DNA of 64,000 bases, taken from NCBI RefSeq assembly GCF_045037415.1, contig NZ_CP173438.1. The stretch is one strand, 5' to 3'. Shown here piece after piece: positions 12,130 through 26,104 of the stretch (its first letter is position 1; each line of letters begins with the position of its first letter). The notes below the pieces were generated by a model. The model searched no databases, had not been told where the DNA came from, and saw nothing but the letters and a program-made list of their open reading frames with translations. This DNA is from Escherichia coli. Its GTDB lineage: Bacteria; Pseudomonadota; Gammaproteobacteria; Enterobacterales; Enterobacteriaceae. The position numbers and the translations under genes were made by a program.

Positions 12130-13194
12130 TTAACTGTATGCATGTAGCGTACGTTGGCAAAGTGCCGAACGTACGCAATCCTCTTTACCGAATCGGACGA
12201 TCCCGACCATTTCATCCTCTTCGAAACGTTCCAGCGCGTCACTTAATCCGGAGCGCACGCCGCGAGGCAAATCGCATTGCGTGATATCACCGTTGACGAT
12301 AACCGTCACGTTCTCCCCGAGGCGGGTTAAAAACATTTTCATTTGCGCGGCAGTCACATTCTGCGCCTCGTCAAGAATGACGACTGCATTTTCAAAGGTA
12401 CGTCCACGCATATAGGCGAACGGCGCAATTTCCACCTTCCCTATTTCCGGTCGCAGGCAGTACTGCATAAAGGAAGCCCCTAAGCGACGGACCAGCACGT
12501 CGTAGACCGGGCGAAAATAGGGAGCAAACTTTTCTGCGATATCACCAGGTAAGAAACCAAGATCTTCATCGGCTTGCAGAACTGGACGGGTGACGATAAT
12601 CCTGTCAACATCCTTATGTATCAGGGCCTCTGCCGCTTTTGCTGCGCTGATCCAGGTTTTTCCGCACCCGGCTTCACCCGTGGCAAATATCAGCTGCTTA
12701 CTCTCAATAGCCTTCAGATAGTGCAATTGCGCTTCATTTCGCGCGAGGATGGGCGAGGTATCGCGACTGTCGCGGGCCATACCAATGGCTTCTACGCCGC
12801 TCATTTGCACAAGCGAGGTGACCGATTCTTCTTCACGCTGCTTATGGCTGCGCGAATCCCGTCTCAGCACACGTTTTGCCTCGCGACGAGCTTTGATCAC
12901 TGCTTTTTGTCTTCCCATGGAGAGCACCTTGAGTTGTTTGTATTCATCACACGCGCCGTTGGCAGCGCGATTATGCGCACGAACATCAGAGGGTTGGCTT
13001 CCTTGTAAGCCATAGTTTGCTTTTGGATAAAATGCCGAAAAACGGCTACGCGCACCGTTTACGGCGTCGGTAACACATGAAAAGAAAGGATGAGGTTGAA
13101 AATACAAAGTGACGAGATGACTACCGGAGGAGAAATCTCCGCGAGTGGTGGCGCGCTGATTCTCTAAAACATGTCCAGTACAGGACGTTACCAT
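12130..13194 (-). CDS. phoH: PhoH, phosphate-starvation-inducible ATPase
   Basis: 354-aa ORF with Walker A GEAGCGKT. Confidence 0.9.
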   Translation of the reverse strand: MVTSCTGHVLENQRATTRGDFSSGSHLVTLYFQPHPFFSCVTDAVNGARSRFSAFYPKANYGLQGSQPSDVRAHNRAANGACDEYKQLKVLSMGRQKAVIKARREAKRVLRRDSRSHKQREEESVTSLVQMSGVEAIGMARDSRDTSPILARNEAQLHYLKAIESKQLIFATGEAGCGKTWISAAKAAEALIHKDVDRIIVTRPVLQADEDLGFLPGDIAEKFAPYFRPVYDVLVRRLGASFMQYCLRPEIGKVEIAPFAYMRGRTFENAVVILDEAQNVTAAQMKMFLTRLGENVTVIVNGDITQCDLPRGVRSGLSDALERFEEDEMVGIVRFGKEDCVRSALCQRTLHAYS

Positions 13195-13343
13195 CCGCGA
13201 TCTCCATAGTGACTGACTATCACTGCCGGGAACTTCCGCTGCTACTTAATAAGTACAACAGATTTCGCATTCATTGCAACAATATATTCACTTATATTTA
13301 ACCATAAAACACCATTTCAGTGACATTAGTTTCTACTGGAAAG

Positions 13344-13361
13344 ATGACAGAGTGATGACAG
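13344..13361 (-). promoter_or_regulatory. Pho box (PhoB site) upstream of phoH
   Basis: Minus strand reads CTGTCAT-CACT-CTGTCAT, two 7-bp direct repeats with 4-bp spacer, about 150 bp upstream of phoH start. Confidence 0.55.
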
Positions 13362-13414
13362 TGATGAAAAAAGCTGTGTGCTTTCAGCAGGATTCGCGGT
13401 ACTGGTAAAAGCTT

Positions 13415-13533
13415 GCCGGATGCGGCGTGAACGCCTTATCCGGCCTACCGACCCGCACCGATTGTAGGCATGATAAGACGCGCAAGCGTCGCATCAGCGC
13501 ACGAACGCCTGGTGCGGCGTAAACGCCTTATAC
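13415..13533. repeat. REP/BIME cluster between phoH and efeB
   Basis: GCCGGATGCGGCGTGAACGCCTTATCCGGCCTAC followed by an inverted GTAGGC…GCGTCGCATCAGCGC copy. Confidence 0.6.
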
Positions 13534-13544
13534 GCCTAAAAACA

Positions 13545-14816
13545 TTAAACCCGCAATAATGCGCTTCCGAGATAATCGTTCGCGTCCTTCACACCCGGCA
13601 GCGCAAAGAAATAGCCGCCACCGATAGGTTTGACATATTCCTCCAGCGCCTCGCCATTCAACCTTTTTTGTACTGTCAGGAAGCCCTTTTCCAGATCGTG
13701 TTGGTAGCAGACAAACAGTAGCCCCATATCGAGTTGCCCGGAATTGGTGACGCCCAACGAATAACTGTAGCCACGACGCAGCATCAGGCTGGACTCGCTC
13801 TCCGCCGTGCGGGGATTCGCCAGCCGGATATGGCTGTCCAGCGCAATCACCTTCCCTTCCGGATCGCTAGCGTAATCGGGAACATCATGCTCATGCTGCA
13901 TGCCCAGCGGCGCACCGGTTTGCTTATCACGACCAAATATCGTCTGCTGCTCTTTCAGCGGCGTTCTGTCCCAAAATTCCACTCGAAACTGAATCAAGCG
14001 TACTGCCTGATAGCTGCCACCGATTGTCCACGCAGGCTCCTGCTGATCTGCCGTCACCCACACCACTTTTTGCATCAACTTCGCATTCTGGCTATCGGGA
14101 TTGGCGGTGCCGTCTTTAAAGCCCAGCAAATTTATCGGCGTCTCTTTGCCTTTACTACGCGCTGCGTGGTCGGAAATAAACCCTTCCCGCTTCCAGCGCA
14201 CGCTGAGCAAATCCGGCGTGTGTTTGATGATATCGCGCAGCGCATGGATCACCGTGTCCTGGGTGTTGGCGCAAATTTGTAGCAACACATCACCATGACA
14301 TAACGCCGCATCCAGCGAGTCGTTGGGGAAACGCGTCATCTTCTGCAACTTTTTTGGCATCTGTGGCGCAAGGCCAAAGCGCTCATCAAACAATGAGTGA
14401 CCCACCGATAACGTGATGGTGAGATTATCGGGCGCAATGTAGCCGCCAAGAATGCCGGAATCGAGTGGTGGCAGGCGCGGATTTGGCGTTTCTGGTGCCG
14501 CTCCGCCCTGAGTCAGAAAAGCAAAACGCTGAGTCAACAAGCGAAACAACCGTTCAAGATCGGCTTTATCGCTGGCAAGCACATCAAACGCCACCAGCAT
14601 CATTGCAGCCTGTTGTGGTGTCAGGATCCCTGCCTGATGCTCACCATAAAACGGCTGTTTCTCATTGCGTGCATCCGGTGAAAGCGTACCCGGCGCACTT
14701 TGCGTTTTTTGTGCATGAGCAACCGGACAACTTCCCGCCAGCGCCAGCGCACCAATCCCTTTCAGTAAACGTCGGCGTGACGGTTCATTCACGCCGTTTT
14801 CATCTTCATACTGCAT
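13545..14816 (-). CDS. efeB: Dye-decolorizing/deferrochelatase peroxidase EfeB (Tat-secreted)
   Basis: 423-aa ORF with twin-arginine signal (SRRRLLKG). Confidence 0.9.
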   Translation of the reverse strand: MQYEDENGVNEPSRRRLLKGIGALALAGSCPVAHAQKTQSAPGTLSPDARNEKQPFYGEHQAGILTPQQAAMMLVAFDVLASDKADLERLFRLLTQRFAFLTQGGAAPETPNPRLPPLDSGILGGYIAPDNLTITLSVGHSLFDERFGLAPQMPKKLQKMTRFPNDSLDAALCHGDVLLQICANTQDTVIHALRDIIKHTPDLLSVRWKREGFISDHAARSKGKETPINLLGFKDGTANPDSQNAKLMQKVVWVTADQQEPAWTIGGSYQAVRLIQFRVEFWDRTPLKEQQTIFGRDKQTGAPLGMQHEHDVPDYASDPEGKVIALDSHIRLANPRTAESESSLMLRRGYSYSLGVTNSGQLDMGLLFVCYQHDLEKGFLTVQKRLNGEALEEYVKPIGGGYFFALPGVKDANDYLGSALLRV

Positions 14817-14821
14817 AACGC

Positions 14822-15949
14822 TTAGTCCAGCCCCAGCACACCACGAAGTTGCGCCAGATCTTCCGCCAGCGCAGTAATCGGTCCTTTCAGTGCGTTCCGG
14901 TCGGCATCGGTCAGTTTGTCGTAATTTTCAAAACCCTCTTTAGTGCGGTATTTCGCCAGAATGGTATCGACCTTTTTGAAGTTGGCATCGACTTTTGCCA
15001 ACAGTTCCGGATTCGCTTTTTGTAGTTGTGGACGCAGCAGATCGACAATTTTCTGCGAGCCTTCAACGTTAGCCTGGAAATCCCACAGATCGGTGTGGCT
15101 GTAGCGATCTTCTTCACCGCTGATTTTGCTGGCCGCCACTTCCTCAATCAGTCCGGCTGCACCGCCGACCACTTTTGAAGGAGGGAAAGCCAGTTCACTG
15201 ATGCGTTTTTGCAAATCGACCACATCGGTATAAAGCTGGTCAGCATACTTATCCATCCCTTTGGTGGTGTTATCGCCAAACAATGCTTTTTCCAGACGGT
15301 GGAAACCGGTGAATTTTGGATCGGCGGCTTTTTGCTCGTAATCATCTTCACGGGCGTCAATGCTGCCATCCAGATCGGAGAACAGTTCAGCAATCGGTTC
15401 GATGCGCTCATAGTGCTGCCGCGTCGGCGCATACAGTGCTTTCGCTTTTTCGATATCGCCTGCTTTAATAGCGTCGGTAAAGGCTTTGGTGTCGGTCACC
15501 AGTTGCGTGGTTTCCGCCATGACATACGCTTTATATGCAGTAATTGCACCACCAAGACTTAACAGCGCATCACTTTGCGCCGCATCCGCCGTTGCTTCAC
15601 CTTTGACGATCAACTTCCCTTTCGGGTTAGTCAGCAGACCGCAGGTCATATCGTATTCGCCAGGCTGTAAATTCGCCGTCATTTTCTGGCTAAAACCAGG
15701 GGCGATATTTTCCCGCTCTTCCACCACCATCACGCCTTTGAGGATCTCCCACTCCAGCGCCTTCTGGCTGTGGTTCTGAATAATGAACTGTGTTTTCCCG
15801 GCGTTAACCGTAATGGTCATCGGCTCGCACTGCTTATCTGTCACAGTGACTTTGACTTGCGGAATATCGGCGGCGTTAGCCATAAAAGCAGAAGAGAACA
15901 GCGCAGCCACGCTCAACTGCAATGCGTTACGACGGAAGTTAATGGTCAT
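14822..15949 (-). CDS. efeO: Periplasmic iron-uptake protein EfeO
   Basis: 375-aa ORF with signal peptide; sits between efeU and efeB. Confidence 0.9.
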   Translation of the reverse strand: MTINFRRNALQLSVAALFSSAFMANAADIPQVKVTVTDKQCEPMTITVNAGKTQFIIQNHSQKALEWEILKGVMVVEERENIAPGFSQKMTANLQPGEYDMTCGLLTNPKGKLIVKGEATADAAQSDALLSLGGAITAYKAYVMAETTQLVTDTKAFTDAIKAGDIEKAKALYAPTRQHYERIEPIAELFSDLDGSIDAREDDYEQKAADPKFTGFHRLEKALFGDNTTKGMDKYADQLYTDVVDLQKRISELAFPPSKVVGGAAGLIEEVAASKISGEEDRYSHTDLWDFQANVEGSQKIVDLLRPQLQKANPELLAKVDANFKKVDTILAKYRTKEGFENYDKLTDADRNALKGPITALAEDLAQLRGVLGLD

Positions 15950-16006
15950 GACGAGACTATCCCTTTAAAGTATGTTGTAACTAAGCAAGAGTTTGCGTCG
16001 TATTTG

Positions 16007-16837
16007 CTACACGGAGCGGGACGCAGTCGCCCCTGCGCGTGGTGGCAGAACAAATGCCACCAGCGCCGGGATGAGATAAATAAACCAGACGGCGACTTCG
16101 CTGACGCTCGGTGCTTCCTGATAGCCAAAAATCCCTTCCATCAGTGTGCCAAACAGCGAGTGAGTTGAGAGCACCGCGCTCATATCGAAGGCGATTTCCT
16201 GAAAGTGGTTCCACAATCCGGCTTCATGAAATGCGCGAATGGCACCAGCTGCCAGCCCTGCGGCGACGAAGAGAATAAACAGACTGGTCCATTTAAAAAA
16301 TGCACCAAGATTGAGGCGAATACCGCCCCAGTAGAGCAGGAAGCCAAGCACCACGGCTGTAGCAAGACCGAGCATTGCACCCAGCGGCGGCCAGACCCCG
16401 ACATCTTGTTGAAATGCCGCCAGCAGGAAAAAGACCGACTCCAGCCCTTCCCTTGCAACGGCAAAAAAGACCATCATCACCAGCGCCCAGCCATGATGAT
16501 TTCCACGCTGCAATGCGCTATCGACCGCCTGCTCCAGTTGTACTTTGACGTTGCGCGACACTTTGCGCATCCAGAAAACCATCCAGGTAAGGATCACCAC
16601 GGCGATCACCGCCACAATGCCTTCAAACAGTTCCTGTTCTTTTTGCGGAAATTCGCCGGTGGTTTCGTTAATGAAGATACCCAAGCCCAGGCACAACGCA
16701 GCGGCAAGCAACACGCCAATCCACATTACACCAATCCATCGGCCTCGCTGGGTACGCTTAAGATAGCTGGCAATCAAACTGACAATCAGCGCGGCTTCAA
16801 GTCCTTCGCGCAACATAATGAGAAACGGAACAAACAT
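16007..16837 (-). CDS. efeU: Ferrous-iron permease EfeU (FTR1 family), reading frame intact
   Basis: ORF 16007..16846; start set at ATG 16835-16837 (MFVPFLIMLREGLEA…) giving 276 aa; two REGLE motifs; no frameshift. Confidence 0.85.
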   Translation of the reverse strand: MFVPFLIMLREGLEAALIVSLIASYLKRTQRGRWIGVMWIGVLLAAALCLGLGIFINETTGEFPQKEQELFEGIVAVIAVVILTWMVFWMRKVSRNVKVQLEQAVDSALQRGNHHGWALVMMVFFAVAREGLESVFFLLAAFQQDVGVWPPLGAMLGLATAVVLGFLLYWGGIRLNLGAFFKWTSLFILFVAAGLAAGAIRAFHEAGLWNHFQEIAFDMSAVLSTHSLFGTLMEGIFGYQEAPSVSEVAVWFIYLIPALVAFVLPPRAGATASRSV

Positions 16838-16896
16838 GCCACCCACCCTTAAACGTTTTTCTTAGTCAATCTATGCAAAGAAAAGTAAATCGCAGT

Positions 16897-16958
16897 GATA
16901 GCGATTATCATTACGATGAAGAAAAATACAAGTGAAATGTAGTGATAATGATGAGAAG
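16897..16958. promoter_or_regulatory. Candidate Fur boxes in efeU promoter region
   Basis: GATAgcGATtATCATTAcg (16897-16915) and GATAATGATgag (16944-16955) resemble the Fur consensus GATAATGATAATCATTATC. Confidence 0.45.
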
Positions 16959-16971
16959 ATGTAAAAATATT

Positions 16972-17012
16972 TTGAGAAAAAACGCAGAGGGCAATCACTG
17001 ATTGCCCTCTGC
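16972..17012 (-). terminator. putP rho-independent terminator
   Basis: Stem GCAGAGGGCAATCA/TGATTGCCCTCTGC followed on minus strand by TTTTTT. Confidence 0.7.
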
Positions 17013-17056
17013 CTGCTTCCTGTTATGACGTGAAATTTTCGGTAAAACGCCTTCCC

Positions 17057-18565
<1,509 letters not shown>

Positions 18566-18753
18566 CTAAAGTCTCCAAAAAATTATTATCGGCAATGTCG
18601 AAACTTGCCGTTATATCTGCCACCGGAACGGGGTAACAGAGTTTATGTTTTACCAGGGCGACCGTATCCTGCCGGAAGCGCTGGTTATTCACAATCGATT
18701 TAACACACCATTTACATTAAATTTTAGTGCTCAGCGACACTATTTTTCATCAG

Positions 18754-18961
18754 GTTGCACTCTCTCACATTTTTTGCGGTTGCACCTTTCAAAAATGTTA
18801 ACTGCCGCAGAGAAAAAGTCTGAGTTATTTTTTTAATCCCTGTCATATCGATTTCGTTTATTAACATTTCATTCATTTTTAAGCTTGCTACGCAGGTCAC
18901 ATTTAACATGGTTGCACAAAGTTGCAACATCATGGATATTTCACGATAACGTTAAGTTGCA
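18754..18961. promoter_or_regulatory. put control region with five GTTGCA PutA operator motifs
   Basis: GTTGCA at 18754-18759, 18779-18784, 18911-18916, 18921-18926 (palindromic GTTGCAAC) and 18956-18961 in the putP/putA divergent intergenic. Confidence 0.7.
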
Positions 18962-18987
18962 CCTTTCAGAACAACAGGAGTAATGGC

Positions 18988-21900
18988 ATGGGAACCACCA
19001 CCATGGGGGTTAAGCTGGACGACGCGACGCGTGAGCGTATTAAGTCTGCTGCGACACGTATCGATCGCACACCACACTGGTTAATTAAACAGGCGATTTT
19101 TTCTTATCTTGAACAACTGGAAAACAGCGATACTCTCCCGGAGCTACCTGCGCTGCTTTCTGGCGCGGCCAATGAGAGCGATGAAGCACCGACTCCGGCA
19201 GAGGAACCACACCAGCCTTTCCTCGACTTTGCCGAACAAATATTGCCCCAGTCGGTTTCCCGCGCCGCGATCACCGCGGCCTATCGCCGCCCGGAAACCG
19301 AAGCGGTTTCTATGCTGCTGGAACAAGCTCGCCTGCCGCAGCCAGTTGCTGAACAGGCGCACAAACTGGCGTATCAACTGGCCGATAAACTGCGTAATCA
19401 AAAAAACGCCAGTGGTCGCGCAGGTATGGTTCAGGGGTTATTGCAGGAGTTTTCGTTGTCATCGCAGGAAGGCGTGGCGCTGATGTGTCTGGCGGAAGCG
19501 TTGTTGCGTATTCCCGACAAAGCCACCCGTGACGCGTTAATTCGCGACAAAATCAGTAACGGTAACTGGCAGTCACACATTGGTCGTAGCCCGTCCCTGT
19601 TTGTTAATGCCGCTACCTGGGGGCTGCTGTTTACCGGCAAACTGGTTTCCACCCATAACGAAGCCAGCCTCTCCCGCTCGCTGAACCGCATTATCGGTAA
19701 GAGCGGTGAACCGCTGATCCGCAAAGGTGTGGATATGGCGATGCGCCTGATGGGCGAGCAGTTCGTCACGGGCGAAACCATCGCGGAAGCGTTAGCCAAT
19801 GCCCGCAAACTGGAAGAGAAAGGTTTCCGTTACTCTTACGATATGCTGGGCGAAGCCGCACTGACTGCCGCAGACGCACAGGCGTATATGGTTTCCTATC
19901 AGCAGGCGATTCACGCCATTGGTAAAGCGTCTAACGGTCGTGGCATCTATGAAGGTCCGGGCATTTCAATCAAGCTGTCGGCGCTACATCCGCGTTATAG
20001 CCGCGCCCAGTATGACCGGGTAATGGAAGAGCTTTACCCGCGTCTGAAATCACTCACCCTGCTGGCGCGTCAGTACGATATTGGTATTAACATCGATGCC
20101 GAAGAGGCCGATCGCCTGGAGATCTCCCTCGATCTGCTGGAAAAACTCTGTTTCGAGCCTGAACTGGCAGGCTGGAACGGCATCGGTTTTGTTATTCAGG
20201 CTTATCAAAAACGCTGCCCGTTGGTGATCGATTACCTGATTGATCTCGCCACCCGCAGCCGTCGCCGTCTGATGATTCGCCTGGTGAAAGGCGCGTACTG
20301 GGATAGTGAAATCAAGCGTGCACAGATGGACGGCCTTGAAGGTTATCCGGTTTATACCCGCAAGGTGTATACCGACGTTTCTTATCTTGCCTGTGCGAAA
20401 AAACTGCTGGCGGTGCCAAATCTAATCTACCCGCAGTTCGCGACGCACAACGCCCATACGCTGGCGGCAATTTATCAACTGGCGGGTCAAAACTACTACC
20501 CGGGTCAGTACGAGTTCCAGTGCCTGCATGGTATGGGCGAGCCACTGTATGAGCAGGTCACCGGGAAAGTTGCCGACGGCAAACTTAACCGTCCGTGTCG
20601 TATTTATGCTCCGGTCGGTACACATGAAACGCTGCTGGCATATCTGGTGCGCCGCCTGCTGGAAAACGGTGCTAACACCTCGTTTGTTAACCGTATTGCC
20701 GACACCTCTTTGCCACTGGATGAACTGGTCGCCGATCCAGTCACTGCTGTAGAAAAACTGGCGCAACAGGAAGGGCAAACTGGATTACCGCATCCGAAAA
20801 TTCCCCTGCCGCGCGATCTTTACGGTCACGGGCGCGACAACTCGGCAGGGCTGGATCTCGCTAACGAACACCGTCTGGCCTCGCTCTCTTCAGCCCTGCT
20901 CAATAGTGCACTGCAAAAATGGCAGTCCTTGCCAATGCTGGAACAACCGGTAGCGGCAGGTGAGATGTCGCCCGTTATTAACCCTGCGGAACCGAAAGAT
21001 ATTGTGGGCTATGTGCGTGAAGCCACGCCGCGTGAAGTAGAACAGGCGCTGGAAAGTGCGGTTAATAACGCGCCAATCTGGTTTGCCACTCCTCCGGCTG
21101 AACGCGCGGCAATTTTGCATCGCGCTGCCGTGCTAATGGAAAGCCAGATGCAGCAACTGATTGGTATTCTGGTGCGTGAAGCCGGAAAAACCTTCAGTAA
21201 CGCCATTGCCGAAGTGCGCGAAGCGGTCGATTTTCTCCACTACTATGCCGGACAGGTGCGGGATGATTTCGCTAACGAAACCCACCGTCCATTAGGGCCT
21301 GTGGTATGTATCAGTCCGTGGAACTTCCCGCTGGCTATTTTCACCGGACAGATCGCTGCCGCACTGGCGGCAGGTAACAGCGTGCTGGCAAAACCGGCAG
21401 AACAAACGCCGCTGATTGCCGCGCAAGGGATCGCCATTTTGCTGGAAGCGGGTGTACCGCCAGGCGTGGTGCAATTGCTGCCAGGTCGGGGTGAAACCGT
21501 GGGCGCGCAACTGACGGGTGATGATCGCGTGCGCGGGGTGATGTTTACCGGTTCAACCGAAGTCGCTACGTTACTGCAGCGCAATATCGCCAGCCGCCTG
21601 GACGCTCAGGGTCGCCCTATTCCGCTCATCGCTGAAACCGGCGGCATGAACGCGATGATTGTCGATTCTTCAGCACTGACCGAACAAGTCGTAATAGATG
21701 TGCTGGCCTCGGCGTTCGACAGTGCAGGTCAGCGTTGTTCGGCACTGCGCGTGCTGTGCCTGCAAGATGAGATTGCCGACCACACGCTGAAAATGCTGCG
21801 CGGCGCAATGGCCGAATGCCGGATGGGTAATCCGGGTCGCCTGACCACCGATATCGGTCCGGTGATTGATAGCGAAGCGAAAGCCAATATCGAGCGTCAT

Positions 21901-22950
21901 ATTCAGACCATGCGTAGTAAAGGCCGTCAGGTGTTCCAGGCGGTGCGGGAAAACAGCGAAGATGCCCGTGAATGGCAAAGCGGCACCTTTGTCGCTCCGA
22001 CGCTGATCGAACTGGATGACTTTGCCGAATTACAAAAAGAGGTCTTTGGTCCGGTGTTGCATGTGGTGCGTTACAACCGTAACCAGCTCCCAGAGCTGAT
22101 CGAGCAGATTAACGCTTCCGGTTATGGTCTGACGCTTGGCGTCCATACGCGCATTGATGAAACCATCGCCCAGGTCACTGGCTCGGCGCATGTCGGTAAT
22201 CTGTACGTTAACCGTAATATGGTGGGCGCAGTGGTTGGGGTGCAACCGTTCGGCGGCGAAGGATTGTCCGGCACCGGGCCGAAAGCAGGCGGTCCGCTCT
22301 ATCTCTACCGTCTGCTGGCGAATCGCCCGGAAAGTGCGCTGGCGGTGACGCTCGCGCGTCAGGATGCGGAGTATCCGGTCGATGCGCAGTTGAAAGCCGC
22401 ATTGACTCAGCCGCTAAATGCACTGCGGGAATGGGCGGCAAACCGTCCAGAATTGCAGGCGTTATGTACGCAATATGGCGAGTTGGCGCAGGCAGGAACA
22501 CAACGATTGTTGCCAGGGCCGACGGGTGAACGCAACACCTGGACGCTGCTGCCGCGTGAGCGCGTGTTGTGTATTGCGGATGATGAACAGGATGCGCTGA
22601 CTCAGCTCGCCGCCGTGCTGGCGGTGGGTAGCCAGGTGCTGTGGCCGGATAATGCGCTGCATCGTCAGTTAGTGAAGGCATTGCCATCGGCAGTCAGCGA
22701 ACGTATTCAACTGGCGAAAGCGGAAAATATAACCGCTCAACCATTTGATGCGGTGATCTTCCACGGTGATTCGGATCAGCTTCGCGCATTGTGTGAAGCC
22801 GTTGCCGCGCGGGATGGTGCAATTGTTTCGGTGCAGGGTTTTGCCCGTGGCGAAAGCAATATCCTTCTGGAACGGCTGTATATCGAGCGTTCGCTGAGTG
22901 TGAATACCGCTGCCGCTGGCGGTAACGCCAGTTTAATGACGATCGGTTAA
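18988..22950 (+). CDS. putA: Bifunctional proline dehydrogenase / P5C dehydrogenase and repressor PutA
   Basis: ORF track starts at TTG 18922; start set at ATG 18988 (MGTTTMGVKLDD…) with GGAG 7 nt upstream, giving 1320 aa. Confidence 0.95.
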   Translation: MGTTTMGVKLDDATRERIKSAATRIDRTPHWLIKQAIFSYLEQLENSDTLPELPALLSGAANESDEAPTPAEEPHQPFLDFAEQILPQSVSRAAITAAYRRPETEAVSMLLEQARLPQPVAEQAHKLAYQLADKLRNQKNASGRAGMVQGLLQEFSLSSQEGVALMCLAEALLRIPDKATRDALIRDKISNGNWQSHIGRSPSLFVNAATWGLLFTGKLVSTHNEASLSRSLNRIIGKSGEPLIRKGVDMAMRLMGEQFVTGETIAEALANARKLEEKGFRYSYDMLGEAALTAADAQAYMVSYQQAIHAIGKASNGRGIYEGPGISIKLSALHPRYSRAQYDRVMEELYPRLKSLTLLARQYDIGINIDAEEADRLEISLDLLEKLCFEPELAGWNGIGFVIQAYQKRCPLVIDYLIDLATRSRRRLMIRLVKGAYWDSEIKRAQMDGLEGYPVYTRKVYTDVSYLACAKKLLAVPNLIYPQFATHNAHTLAAIYQLAGQNYYPGQYEFQCLHGMGEPLYEQVTGKVADGKLNRPCRIYAPVGTHETLLAYLVRRLLENGANTSFVNRIADTSLPLDELVADPVTAVEKLAQQEGQTGLPHPKIPLPRDLYGHGRDNSAGLDLANEHRLASLSSALLNSALQKWQSLPMLEQPVAAGEMSPVINPAEPKDIVGYVREATPREVEQALESAVNNAPIWFATPPAERAAILHRAAVLMESQMQQLIGILVREAGKTFSNAIAEVREAVDFLHYYAGQVRDDFANETHRPLGPVVCISPWNFPLAIFTGQIAAALAAGNSVLAKPAEQTPLIAAQGIAILLEAGVPPGVVQLLPGRGETVGAQLTGDDRVRGVMFTGSTEVATLLQRNIASRLDAQGRPIPLIAETGGMNAMIVDSSALTEQVVIDVLASAFDSAGQRCSALRVLCLQDEIADHTLKMLRGAMAECRMGNPGRLTTDIGPVIDSEAKANIERHIQTMRSKGRQVFQAVRENSEDAREWQSGTFVAPTLIELDDFAELQKEVFGPVLHVVRYNRNQLPELIEQINASGYGLTLGVHTRIDETIAQVTGSAHVGNLYVNRNMVGAVVGVQPFGGEGLSGTGPKAGGPLYLYRLLANRPESALAVTLARQDAEYPVDAQLKAALTQPLNALREWAANRPELQALCTQYGELAQAGTQRLLPGPTGERNTWTLLPRERVLCIADDEQDALTQLAAVLAVGSQVLWPDNALHRQLVKALPSAVSERIQLAKAENITAQPFDAVIFHGDSDQLRALCEAVAARDGAIVSVQGFARGESNILLERLYIERSLSVNTAAAGGNASLMTIG

Positions 22951-22989
22951 ACAGGTAGCCGGAGGATGTTACACCTTCCTCCGGCACCA

Positions 22990-23628
22990 TTAGCGTGGTC
23001 GAATCCCCTCAATAATAATCCGCTGCACGTTTTCAACCGTTTGATTGAAAAATACCTCATCGCGCAACGTCGCGCCTGTCACCGCCTCCACCTGAGGGGC
23101 AAAATCGGCGTAATGTTGAGTGGAAGCCCAAATCATAAAAATCAAATGCTGCGGATCAATCGGCGCGAGTTTGCCGCTTTTAACCCAACCGGCAATCAGC
23201 GCCGATTTCTCATCAATTAATGCCTTCAAATCGCCCGTCAGTTCATCCATTAACAGCGGTGCACCTGCCAGCATCTCCATACAGAACAGGCGCGAAGCCT
23301 GCGGATAATCGCGGGAAACTTCCAGCTTCAGACGGATGTACTCTTTGATCGCCGCCAGCGGGGCGAAATCTTCTCGAAACGCTTTTAACGGTGCCAGCCA
23401 GATATCGAGAATCTGCCGCAGTACGGCTATATACAGCGCCTCTTTTGACGGAAAGTAATACAGCAGATTGGTTTTTGAAACACCCGCCAACTCCGCGATC
23501 TGCTCCAGCCTTGTGCCGTGAAAACCGAATTGTGAAAAAGTGTCCAGTGCTGCGCTAAGAATCGCTTTTTTCTTCGCGCTCACTGCGCGCGAACGTTTAC
23601 CCGTTGTTTTCACTGCGCCTTGCGTCAT
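22990..23628 (-). CDS. rutR: TetR-family pyrimidine-utilisation regulator RutR
   Basis: ORF 22990..23655; start set at ATG 23626-23628 (MTQGAVKTTGKR…), 212 aa. Confidence 0.9.
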   Translation of the reverse strand: MTQGAVKTTGKRSRAVSAKKKAILSAALDTFSQFGFHGTRLEQIAELAGVSKTNLLYYFPSKEALYIAVLRQILDIWLAPLKAFREDFAPLAAIKEYIRLKLEVSRDYPQASRLFCMEMLAGAPLLMDELTGDLKALIDEKSALIAGWVKSGKLAPIDPQHLIFMIWASTQHYADFAPQVEAVTGATLRDEVFFNQTVENVQRIIIEGIRPR

Positions 23629-23734
23629 GCGCTCTCCCCTCTTGTAGATTGGCAACAGGATAGCAAAACCCCCGCCCGGCCTCGACCTTCTGCACTCTCA
23701 TCGCGCACGAATGCATGTTTTATGTGCAACTGTT

Positions 23735-23750
23735 TTGACCGTTTAGTCCA
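23735..23750. promoter_or_regulatory. Candidate RutR operator
   Basis: TTGACCGTTTAGTCCA, imperfect match to the RutR box TTGACCAnnTGGTCAA, in the rutR-rutA intergenic. Confidence 0.35.
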
Positions 23751-23814
23751 CTTTTTTTCAGGCATTTTAGACAACTTAACATTAACACATTAATAACATT
23801 CACTTTTTAAAAAC

Positions 23815-23830
23815 TGGCATCCGCTTTGCA
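23815..23830 (+). promoter_or_regulatory. sigma54 (-24/-12) promoter for rutA operon
   Basis: TGGCAT-N5-TTGCA matches TGGCAC-N5-TTGCW; the rut operon is known to be NtrC/sigma54-dependent. Confidence 0.65.
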
Positions 23831-23858
23831 AACAAGCCATTACGCGGCTGAAAAGGAT

Positions 23859-25699
<1,841 letters not shown>

Positions 25700-25710
25700 G
25701 GAGTTTAACG

Positions 25711-26097
25711 ATGCCAAAATCCGTAATTATTCCTGCTGGCAGCAGCGCACCGCTGGCCCCCTTCGTTCCCGGCACGCTGGCTGATGGCGTGGTGTATGTC
25801 TCCGGTACGCTGGCTTTTGATCAACATAACAACGTGCTGTTTGCCGATGACCCAAAGGCGCAAACCCGCCACGTTCTGGAAACCATCCGCAAGGTCATCG
25901 AGACGGCGGGTGGCACGATGGCGGATGTGACTTTCAACAGCATCTTTATTACCGACTGGAAAAATTACGCCGCGATTAACGAAATCTACGCCGAGTTTTT
26001 CCCGGGTGACAAACCGGCGCGATTCTGCATTCAGTGCGGACTGGTAAAACCTGACGCGCTGGTGGAAATCGCCACAATTGCGCATATCGCCAAGTGA
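25711..26097 (+). CDS. rutC: RidA/YjgF-family aminoacrylate deaminase RutC
   Basis: 128-aa ORF. Confidence 0.9.
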
Positions 26098-26104
26098 GGC
26101 CGCG

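Noticed and set aside
12148-12173. Hairpin gtacgttggca…tgccgaacgtac
   Set aside because: Lies inside the phoH 3' coding region with no T-run; probably incidental structure.
16205-16852. 215-aa plus-strand ORF
   Set aside because: Antisense to efeU with a low-complexity His/Gln-rich translation; a shadow ORF.
18922-18987. N-terminal extensions in the ORF track (putA from TTG 18922; also torS from 40139, rutG from 27917, hyaA to 55417)
   Set aside because: These begin at non-ATG codons or overlap upstream genes and promoters; internal ATG/GTG starts give the recognisable N-termini with sensible RBS spacing.
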